64,000 bases of DNA from an uncultured Eubacteriales bacterium (GTDB lineage: Bacteria > Bacillota > Clostridia > Oscillospirales > UBA644). Shown here one piece after another: positions 26,159 to 33,746 of the stretch (positions are counted from its first letter, which is position 1; every line of letters starts with the position of its first letter). The position numbers and the translations under genes are program-made. The notes under the pieces were generated by a model. The model was not told where the DNA came from. It saw nothing but the letters and a program-made list of their open reading frames with translations, and made no database searches. The DNA lies in the NCBI GenBank assembly GCA_900547165.1, contig URFZ01000002.1, forward strand, positions 76,247-140,246. The letters run 5' to 3'.

Positions 26159-27403
26159 ATGAAAATTCTTGTTATCAACTCCGGTTCGTCGTCTCTGAAA
26201 TACCAGTTGTTCGACATCGAAACGGAAAAAGTCATCGCAAAGGGTCTCTGTGACAGAATTGGTGTTAAAGGCGCCGTGGGAGCATTTACGTTCAAGACCG
26301 ATGCGGAAAAGTATCAGACAGACGTCGATATGCCCGACCATGCGGCGGCTCTTAAAATAGTTCTCGAAACGCTCGTAAGCAAAGAACACGGCGTTATTTC
26401 GTCCGTTTCCGAGATAGAGGCTGTCGGTCACCGCGTGCTTCACGGCGGCGATAAGGTTTCAGGCTCCGTTCTCGTTACTCCCGAAGTTAAGCAGACCATC
26501 CGTGACTGCTTCCCTCTCGGACCTCTTCACAACCCCGCAAACCTCAACGGTATTGAGTCCTGTGAAAAGATAATGCCGGGTGTTCCGCAGGTTGCGGTTT
26601 TCGACACGGGTTTTCATCAGACTATTCCCGATTATGCGTTTATGTACGGTATTCCTTACGAATACTATGAAAAATACAAGGTTCGCCGTTACGGCTTCCA
26701 CGGAACGAGCCACAAGTTCGTTTCCCGCAAGGCTGCGGACTTCCTCGGCAAAAAGCCCGAAGATCTGAACATTATAATTCTTCACCTCGGCAACGGTTCT
26801 TCTCTTTCCGCGGTCAGAGGCGGCAAGTGCGTAGACACGACCATGGGACTCACCCCGCTCGAAGGCCCCATAATGGGCACCAGAAGCGGCACGATAGACC
26901 CCTCTGTCGTAACGTTTATGCTTGACAAACTTGTTGAAGAAAAACTTGCAAAAGGTGAGACGGTTGATCCGACCAAACTCGGAACGGAACTTTCGACGAT
27001 ATTGAACAAAAAGTCCGGTCTTCTCGGTATTTCCGGCAAGACTTCCGACTGCCGCTATATCGTCGAGGGTATGGAAAACGGCGATGAAAGATGCACTCTT
27101 GCGTACAAAATGCTCGTTTACCAGATTCAGAAATTGCTTGGTTCTTACATTGCCGTTCTCGGCAGAGTTGACGCAATAGTATTCACGGCGGGACAGGGTG
27201 AAAACGGTCCCGAGACCCGTGAAGCCATCTGCGACGGTCTTGAAGAACTCGGCATAAAGATAGATCTTTCAAAGAACGACTTCCGCGGGCAGGACAGAGA
27301 CATCACCGCCGACGGCGCAAAGATAAAGACTCTTGTCCTGACCACGAACGAGGAACTTGAAATAGCAAGAGACACTTACAGAATCGTTTCGGAGCAGAAG
27401 TAA
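26159..27403 (+). CDS. ackA: acetate kinase (divergent paralog)
   Basis: MKILVINSGSSSLKYQLFD, GHRVLHGG, FDTGFHQT, YGFHGTSH, TNEELEIAR. Start at ATG 26159; the ORF-track start at 25982 is inside the promoter. Confidence 0.9.
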   Translation: MKILVINSGSSSLKYQLFDIETEKVIAKGLCDRIGVKGAVGAFTFKTDAEKYQTDVDMPDHAAALKIVLETLVSKEHGVISSVSEIEAVGHRVLHGGDKVSGSVLVTPEVKQTIRDCFPLGPLHNPANLNGIESCEKIMPGVPQVAVFDTGFHQTIPDYAFMYGIPYEYYEKYKVRRYGFHGTSHKFVSRKAADFLGKKPEDLNIIILHLGNGSSLSAVRGGKCVDTTMGLTPLEGPIMGTRSGTIDPSVVTFMLDKLVEEKLAKGETVDPTKLGTELSTILNKKSGLLGISGKTSDCRYIVEGMENGDERCTLAYKMLVYQIQKLLGSYIAVLGRVDAIVFTAGQGENGPETREAICDGLEELGIKIDLSKNDFRGQDRDITADGAKIKTLVLTTNEELEIARDTYRIVSEQK

Positions 27404-27475
27404 ACGCGCCTTTCCAAACGGCTTAAAACGGGTTTTTTCGAGGCTTCTGTTTTCGAAAATTCCGTATTTTGCATA

Positions 27476-27504
27476 TTGACACTATCTGCTTATTATGGTA
27501 TAAT
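27476..27504 (+). promoter_or_regulatory. consensus promoter of the island operon
   Basis: TTGACA-17 nt-TATAAT, with a ~125-nt leader to ATG 27634. Confidence 0.6.
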
Positions 27505-27633
27505 AACCGTAAAGGTGGTAGTATATTTTCTGTTCGGACACGGATATGATTTCAATAATTATATACGTTTTGGCTTGGATCTGAAAACTCTTTGCAAGAG
27601 TTGTATGCCAACAGAAGAAAGGGAAACTTAAAA

Positions 27634-28338
27634 ATGTCTCATACGGAATTTAATTTCGGCGATTTCCTGCGCGTGTTAAAAAAATGGCTCGCGCTTGTCA
27701 TAATTTTGCCCGTAATCGCCGGTTCGGGTGCGTTCGCATATTTTTACGTGACCTATGTTCCTCAATTCACTGCAACGGCAATTGTCGCATGCAGCGCAAA
27801 ACAAACTTCGTCTGGCAATATCGACGGCTCTACGCTTTCGACTTCAAAAGAGGTTGCGAAAACATTCAAGTACATGATGACGCAAAGCACAACGTTGCAG
27901 GACGCCGCCGACATTTTGCATGAAAATGAGGAGATTGAATACAACGCTTACAACGCGGGCACTCTTGCGGGCATGATCAGCATTACGCAGGTTGAGGATA
28001 CATATTTGCTCAACGTTTCCGCGACCGCTTCAAACCGTATAGTCGCCCGTGACGTTGCAAACGCCGTTGCGGACGCCAGCGTCAATCTTGCGGGCGAAGA
28101 CGGAGACCTCGGTTTCGGACAGATTGCGGTTATACGCCGTGCGGATGTTCCGTCGGTTGAAAACGGCACAGGCATTTCCATAAAAGTTGCGCTTGCGACG
28201 CTTGTCGGGCTGGCTCTTGCGATAGGAATCGTTTTTCTTCTGTATGTGACAGACGACAGGATAAAGACCCAGGAAGATATTCTTCGCTCTTACAACGTTC
28301 CGGTACTCGGCGTTATTCCGCCCGAGTCCGTGCAGTAG
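27634..28338 (+). CDS. Wzz/CpsC-type polysaccharide co-polymerase, BY-kinase transmembrane modulator
   Basis: N-terminal TM (WLALVIILPVIAGSGAFAYF), periplasm-like middle region, C-terminal TM plus YNVPVLGVIP. Confidence 0.8.
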   Translation: MSHTEFNFGDFLRVLKKWLALVIILPVIAGSGAFAYFYVTYVPQFTATAIVACSAKQTSSGNIDGSTLSTSKEVAKTFKYMMTQSTTLQDAADILHENEEIEYNAYNAGTLAGMISITQVEDTYLLNVSATASNRIVARDVANAVADASVNLAGEDGDLGFGQIAVIRRADVPSVENGTGISIKVALATLVGLALAIGIVFLLYVTDDRIKTQEDILRSYNVPVLGVIPPESVQ

Positions 28339-28353
28339 AGGGGAGAGGTTGTA

Positions 28354-29187
28354 ATGGTTGCAAACAAACATGCCGTTGAAGATTTGATAACTCTTGATTC
28401 GGAGAAGAATTTCCTTTTCACGGAGGCATTCAAAACTCTTCGTACAAATCTCTCTTTTTGTATGTCTTCGAGAGAAAATCACAGAATAGCGGTTACAAGT
28501 TCTCTTCCTTCCGAGGGAAAGAGCCTTGTGTCCATCAATTTGGCATACGTTCTTGCGGAAAACGGAAACAAGGTTTGCCTTGTTGACGCGGATATGCGTT
28601 CGCCGAAAGTCCACAAATATCTTAAAATTAAAAACGATATCGGGCTTTCGAACCTCCTGAGCGGACAGACCGAACTTGAAAAATGCCTTTTCAGGACAAA
28701 ATACGAGAATCTTTATGTTATAAAGGCAGGCGCGCTTCCGCCGAACCCCGCCGAACTTCTTAACGGCAAATATATGGATGCGCTTCTCGAAAGTCTTGAA
28801 AAAATATTCGATTATGTTATCATGGACACTCCGCCCATGAACATCGTTTCCGACGCCATGGTCGTTGCCAGCCACAAAGCGGCGATACTTTTCGTTGTCC
28901 GCGAAAACGACTCTCTCCATTCGGAGTTCAAAGAGTCTCTGCGCAACATCGAAATGGCGAACCTCGATCTTCTCGGCGTGGTTGTCAATGACGCCGCGCT
29001 TGAACCTAAGGGCGGAAGATACGGAAAGTACAGAAGATACGGAAAATACAAGCGCTACGGTTATGGTTACGGCTACGGCTACGGTTACGGAGGAAGTTCC
29101 TCCGATGATGAGAACGACGATGTGCCGCCGCGTAAGCACCGTGCCGCCGCAAAAAAGAAAAAACGAGAGGCAACCGATGATCGATGA
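28354..29187 (+). CDS. CpsD/CapB-family bacterial tyrosine kinase
   Basis: Walker A SSLPSEGKS, A' LVDADMRSP, B YVIMDTPP. C-terminal Tyr cluster YGKYRRYGKYKRYGYGYGYGYGYGG, then a charged tail. Confidence 0.9.
   Translation: MVANKHAVEDLITLDSEKNFLFTEAFKTLRTNLSFCMSSRENHRIAVTSSLPSEGKSLVSINLAYVLAENGNKVCLVDADMRSPKVHKYLKIKNDIGLSNLLSGQTELEKCLFRTKYENLYVIKAGALPPNPAELLNGKYMDALLESLEKIFDYVIMDTPPMNIVSDAMVVASHKAAILFVVRENDSLHSEFKESLRNIEMANLDLLGVVVNDAALEPKGGRYGKYRRYGKYKRYGYGYGYGYGYGGSSSDDENDDVPPRKHRAAAKKKKREATDDR
29056..29091 (+). repeat. (TAY GGN)x6 hexanucleotide repeat encoding (YG)6 of the kinase Tyr cluster
   Basis: tacggttatggttacggctacggctacggttacgga, read directly from the sequence. Confidence 0.9.
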
Positions 29188-29888
29188 ACTTCATTGATGT
29201 TCATTCTCATGTCCTGCCTGGAATGGATGACGGGTCACCCGACGTCGAAACCTCGCTTGCCATGCTTCGGAAATGGCGTGACCAAGGCGTTGAAAAAATA
29301 ATTGCGACCCCGCACTTTGATTTCCGCGACATTTCGGTTGATTCCTTTATTGCAAAAAGGCGCAGGTCTTTTGAGAAACTTTCGCTTGCGATGAGGGAAA
29401 ACGGAGAGAAATTTTGTGAGATCGAACTCGGCGCGGAAGTAATGTATTCTTCGAATATCTTCGGATTTATCGACCTTTCGGCTCTTTCGATAGGCGAAAC
29501 CCCGTTTGTGTTGCTTGAATTTGCAACGGAACTGACCTCTGAAAAGGTATCGACCATGCTTTCGGCTCATTCGATGTTTGACATGTCCGTTATTCTTGCG
29601 CACACGGAAAGATATAGGTGTTTCGGGTTTATGCACAGGCTGAAAAAACTCAGAAACGCGGACATTCGTTTTCAGGTCAATTTTTCAAGTTTTTTCCCTG
29701 ATTCCCCGTTTCGGAGAACGGCGGACGCAATGATGAAAAACGACATGGTTGATCTTTTTGCGACGGATGCACACAGTATAAAGACCCGTCCTCCCGAATT
29801 TGCGGATATTCTTTGCGAAATTCGCCGTGAGTACGGAAAACGGAATGTTGACAGAATACTTGAACGTTCAGTCAGATATTTCGGTTAA
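29184..29888 (+). CDS. CpsB/YwqE-type PHP-domain protein-tyrosine phosphatase
   Basis: IDVHSHVLPGMDDG, TPHF, AHTERY, ATDAH. ATGA overlap with the kinase gene. Confidence 0.9.
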   Translation: MNFIDVHSHVLPGMDDGSPDVETSLAMLRKWRDQGVEKIIATPHFDFRDISVDSFIAKRRRSFEKLSLAMRENGEKFCEIELGAEVMYSSNIFGFIDLSALSIGETPFVLLEFATELTSEKVSTMLSAHSMFDMSVILAHTERYRCFGFMHRLKKLRNADIRFQVNFSSFFPDSPFRRTADAMMKNDMVDLFATDAHSIKTRPPEFADILCEIRREYGKRNVDRILERSVRYFG

Positions 29889-29952
29889 AAAAGATTGGTA
29901 ATGTTAATAAAAAACAAAATAAAACCGTAAAATTGTTTCGGAGGAAACCACT

Positions 29953-30558
29953 ATGAAAAAAATACTTGCCATCGCGATGACGGTCGTTATGCTTTGCTGC
30001 CTCTGCGCAGGCGCGTTTGCGTCCGAGATCAACTCTTCTGAGCAGAAACTCATCGATTACTGCAACAAAGAGTATCAGACAAAAGAAAACGGTGTATACA
30101 TCAAACTTCCCGCTGATTATGCCGCAAAAGCGAATACGTATTTGATGATGGTTGACATCACCGATGATCAGTTCGCCGTAGCAGAAATGCAGATCAAGGC
30201 CCTTGAAAATCTTATCAGAACGGAACTTTCCGTCAGCGCGGACGCTCAGACGCTGAAACTTGAGGAAGTTTCCGATGATTTTTATAATAAGGTTCTCGCT
30301 ATTTTCAAAAATCTTGCGGCGGCAATAGATGCTTCCGTTGTTATCAGTTCCGATTTCGACAGAACAAATCCGAATACGACAGGTTCCGTTGTCCTTCGCA
30401 GCAACTCCGATTCTTCGGCTCTCGTTTATATCTTCGGACAGCCGAGCCCTGCTGCCGGCATTAACGTTCCTGTCATCGTTGCGTGCTCCGCGCTTGCGGT
30501 TGCGGCGATTATAGCGGTTGCTTTCTTCGTTGCAAGAAAAAGAACCGTTCGCGGCTAA
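29953..30558 (+). CDS. small secreted protein with a C-terminal sorting-signal-like tail (SPAAG + hydrophobic + ARKRTVRG)
   Basis: Signal peptide ...CAGAFA/SE. C-terminus has a tripartite architecture. Sits immediately upstream of a sortase gene. Confidence 0.5.
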   Translation: MKKILAIAMTVVMLCCLCAGAFASEINSSEQKLIDYCNKEYQTKENGVYIKLPADYAAKANTYLMMVDITDDQFAVAEMQIKALENLIRTELSVSADAQTLKLEEVSDDFYNKVLAIFKNLAAAIDASVVISSDFDRTNPNTTGSVVLRSNSDSSALVYIFGQPSPAAGINVPVIVACSALAVAAIIAVAFFVARKRTVRG

Positions 30559-30615
30559 ACATTTTATTGAAATTCCGAGCGCGTTAAGCGCAGAGGACTG
30601 TTCGGTAATTTAATT

Positions 30616-31461
30616 ATGTTTGAAACAAAAAACAAAAAACTCAGAATAGTTCTTGAATGTATATGCATGCCGATTTTTTTGGCATGCATATCGTTTACGC
30701 TCATTTATACCGTGGTATCGGTCAAAGTGGTCAATCCCAAACTTGCGCTTGATACCGTAAAAACCGTGTTGGGAGGCGACGGTGTTTTTGAGTTTCCCGA
30801 CAGAAAAGACATCTATCACGGGGACGATAACAACCAGCCGACATCACCATCGGGCAATGATGGCGACCCCGACGATCCGTCTCATACGGGAGAAGACCCG
30901 ACGGACGACGAAGAACCGACAAACGGGGACGATCCGTCCTCTCCTACATCTCCGACATCTCCCGATGACCCTCTTGACCCCACGTTGCCGACCGATCCCA
31001 TTCAACCGGACGGGGACTATATAAACATGAAAGACATAGAGTTCCCGATGTTCAACACGGTTTTCGGGGAGATCGAATTGCCCAAACTCGGCAGAACTCT
31101 GAATCTTATCATGGGTGAAACCGAGCAGGCGATAACTGAGGGCGCTGCGGTTCATACGTCGAGTTATCTGCCGGGTTACGGCGGCACAACTCTTATAAGC
31201 ACGCATAACAACAATGTGGTTCGTCTTGACAAAATAGGAGAGGGCGACGAGATATTTGTTCGGACGCATTACGGAGAGTACACATACCGTGTGACTTCCG
31301 TCAAGATCGTCGATAAAAATGATCCGAATGCGTTCAAGGTCTCAGACAGAGGATATAACCTTGTTTTTGTTACTTGCTATCCTCTCCGAAAACCGTCAAA
31401 CGCCACGCAGCGTATGGTCGTTTATGCCGAAATGGTTTCGGGCCCGAAAGTGGTGAGGTGA
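30616..31461 (+). CDS. sortase (class undetermined) with N-terminal TM and a Pro/Asp/Thr-rich linker
   Basis: Catalytic triad context TLISTHNN (His), LVFVTCYP (TLxTC Cys), QRMVVYA (Arg), plus GDEIFV...YTYRV. Confidence 0.85.
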   Translation: MFETKNKKLRIVLECICMPIFLACISFTLIYTVVSVKVVNPKLALDTVKTVLGGDGVFEFPDRKDIYHGDDNNQPTSPSGNDGDPDDPSHTGEDPTDDEEPTNGDDPSSPTSPTSPDDPLDPTLPTDPIQPDGDYINMKDIEFPMFNTVFGEIELPKLGRTLNLIMGETEQAITEGAAVHTSSYLPGYGGTTLISTHNNNVVRLDKIGEGDEIFVRTHYGEYTYRVTSVKIVDKNDPNAFKVSDRGYNLVFVTCYPLRKPSNATQRMVVYAEMVSGPKVVR

Positions 31462-31465
31462 CGGT

Positions 31466-32416
31466 ATGAAAAAGAATCTTGCTTTGCAAACGCTGCGCGC
31501 CGTCGGCTCCGTTATTGTGATGATTTGCCTTTGCATAACATTGTTTGCGGGCGCGCTGTATTTTTCTCTCGGCACGTTTTTGACCTCTGCCGACGCATAT
31601 ATAAACATTGCGGACAAGGCACAGGAGAAGAATGAATTTTATTCGGATATGTACAAAAACGCTTGCGAAAGGCTTGTTTCCCGCGGAACTCTCGGCGGCT
31701 TTCCGAAAGAAATGTTTGACGGACTTCTTGAATATGATTACGCCGTTACATCATTTAAGGAATATGTACGCTTTGTTGTAAAAGAGCCGAACGGCAAATT
31801 TACTTTGCCCGAATTTGACGAAAAACTACGTGCCGCGTGTCTTGCTTACGTTTCTTCGGAAGAGGCAAAGGCTGACGGATTTTCCGCAACCGAAAAGGAG
31901 ATCGACGAGTTTGTCGGTTATATCGATTCACAGGTCGTTGCGATAATCGCGCTTCCGTTTTTTGCGGGTGTTTATCCTGCGGTTGACGCCGTTTATCAAA
32001 CGCGCACAGTAGTTGTTGCCGTTGCGGGCTTTGTTCTTGCCGTAGGTATTTTCTTCGGACTTCTTTGCCTGCTTGAACGCGGAAAAATACTGAATGCCGT
32101 CCGCCAAACGCTTTATTCTTTGAGCGGGGCGGGTATAATGACGATAGTTATAGGTGTATTCCTTGACGTTCTGAACGGAAACGAATTTTTCAATTTCAGT
32201 TCGCAAGCCGTGCTTGACTATCTGAATATTTACAAGGACGCGCTTTCTTTGCGTATAAATATTCTCGGTGTGATTATCGCGACCGTCGGCGTTGCCGCGA
32301 CAGCGTGCATAGCCGTATTTTCGGGACGGAAAAAGAACCGAGAAAAAGAGGTCTCGGAAAATTCCGAGAATACAAATATCGAAAAAACCGAAAATATAAA
32401 TAAAGAAAACAACTAA
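31466..32416 (+). CDS. polytopic membrane protein, unknown function
   Basis: 316 aa. One N-terminal TM, a ~130-aa soluble segment, about 4 TM, and a polar tail (KEVSENSENTNIEKTENINKENN). Confidence 0.45.
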   Translation: MKKNLALQTLRAVGSVIVMICLCITLFAGALYFSLGTFLTSADAYINIADKAQEKNEFYSDMYKNACERLVSRGTLGGFPKEMFDGLLEYDYAVTSFKEYVRFVVKEPNGKFTLPEFDEKLRAACLAYVSSEEAKADGFSATEKEIDEFVGYIDSQVVAIIALPFFAGVYPAVDAVYQTRTVVVAVAGFVLAVGIFFGLLCLLERGKILNAVRQTLYSLSGAGIMTIVIGVFLDVLNGNEFFNFSSQAVLDYLNIYKDALSLRINILGVIIATVGVAATACIAVFSGRKKNREKEVSENSENTNIEKTENINKENN

Positions 32417-32452
32417 AAGAAAGGACGGCGGATACACCGCCGACGGAACGTT

Positions 32453-33658
32453 ATGAAGATTCTAATTATCAATTCCGGAAGTTCCTCGCTCAAATACCAA
32501 CTCATTGATATGGAGAACGAAAGCGTTCTCTGCAAAGGTTCCTGTGAAAGAATAGGTATCGCGGACGGAATTTTCACGATGAAATATCCCGACAGGGAGC
32601 AGTACCGGATAATTTATCAGATGCCCTCTCATACCGAGGCTATAAAAATAGTTCTTGACACTCTTGTTTCCCCCGAACACGGCGTTATCGCTTCCGTTTC
32701 CGAGGTCGGAGCGGTCGGTCACCGCGTACTTCACGGCGGAGATAAGTTCAGCGGTTCAGTGCTCGTAACAGAGGCGGTAAAGGACGCGATAAGAGAATGC
32801 ATTCCTCTCGGACCTCTTCATAATCCCGCAAACCTGAAAGGCATCGAATCGTGCGAAAAAATAATGCCGGGCGTTCCGCAAGTCGCGGTATTTGACACGG
32901 GTTTTCATCAGACCATGCCCGCTTATGCTTATCGCTACGGTCTTCCGAAAAAATATTACGAAGAGTATAAAATAAGACGTTACGGTTTTCACGGCACGAG
33001 CCACAAATTCATTTCCCGCCGTGCCGCGGAGTTCCTCGGCAAAAAGCCCGAAGAACTGCGTCTTGTAACGCTTCACCTCGGCAACGGTTCGTCTCTCTGC
33101 GCCGTTAAAAACGGCATCTGCGTTGACACTTCCATGGGACTTACCCCGCTTGAAGGCTGCCTTATGGGAACACGCTGCGGTTCGATAGACCCTGCCGCCG
33201 TTACTTATATAATGGATAAAGAACATCTTTCTCCCGCGGAAATGGACACGCTGATGAACAAGCAGAGCGGACTCAAAGCCGTCAGCGGTATTTCGCCGGA
33301 CTTCCGCGACATCAACGCCGCCGCGGACATAGGTGACGAGGACGCAAAACTTGCGCTTGATATGTTCGGCTATCAATGCAAAAAGATAATGGCGGGCTAC
33401 ATCGCCGCTATGGGCGGTTGCGACGCTGTCGTATTCACGGCGGGCGTCGGTGAAAACAGAGCCGAGACCCGCGCAAGGATCACGTCCGACCTTGAATTTC
33501 TCGGTATCAAAATTGACCCTGAACTCAACGAAAAAACCATACAGGGCAAAGAGGCGGATATCTCCGCTCCCGGCGCAACGATAAGAACTCTTGTTCTTGC
33601 GACAAACGAAGAACTCGAAATCGCGAGAGAAACAAAAGAGATCGTTTCCAAACTGTAA
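32453..33658 (+). CDS. ackA: acetate kinase (canonical-looking paralog)
   Basis: MKILIINSGSSSLKYQLID, GHRVLHGG, FDTGFHQT, SPDFRD, KLALDMF, TNEELEIAR. Confidence 0.9.
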   Translation: MKILIINSGSSSLKYQLIDMENESVLCKGSCERIGIADGIFTMKYPDREQYRIIYQMPSHTEAIKIVLDTLVSPEHGVIASVSEVGAVGHRVLHGGDKFSGSVLVTEAVKDAIRECIPLGPLHNPANLKGIESCEKIMPGVPQVAVFDTGFHQTMPAYAYRYGLPKKYYEEYKIRRYGFHGTSHKFISRRAAEFLGKKPEELRLVTLHLGNGSSLCAVKNGICVDTSMGLTPLEGCLMGTRCGSIDPAAVTYIMDKEHLSPAEMDTLMNKQSGLKAVSGISPDFRDINAAADIGDEDAKLALDMFGYQCKKIMAGYIAAMGGCDAVVFTAGVGENRAETRARITSDLEFLGIKIDPELNEKTIQGKEADISAPGATIRTLVLATNEELEIARETKEIVSKL

Positions 33659-33703
33659 TTCGGAACGTAAACTTTCGGAAAGCCGCAACTTTATTAAGTA
33701 TAA

Positions 33704-33740
33704 AAGGGACTGCGAACGCAGTCCCTTGATTTTTTGTTTT
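33704..33740. terminator. bidirectional intrinsic terminator (ackA / thrC)
   Basis: 10-bp stem aagggactgc/gcagtccctt with loop gaac, followed by gattttttgtttt. Confidence 0.8.
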
Positions 33741-33746
33741 TGTGTG

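Noticed and set aside
27404-32452. The island between the ackA copies as a mobile genetic element.
   Set aside because: I saw no integrase, transposase or recombinase, no flanking tRNA, and no direct-repeat att-like sequences. The bracketing ackA genes are diverged paralogs rather than identical repeats. I therefore treat it as an accessory island of unknown origin, not a mobile element.
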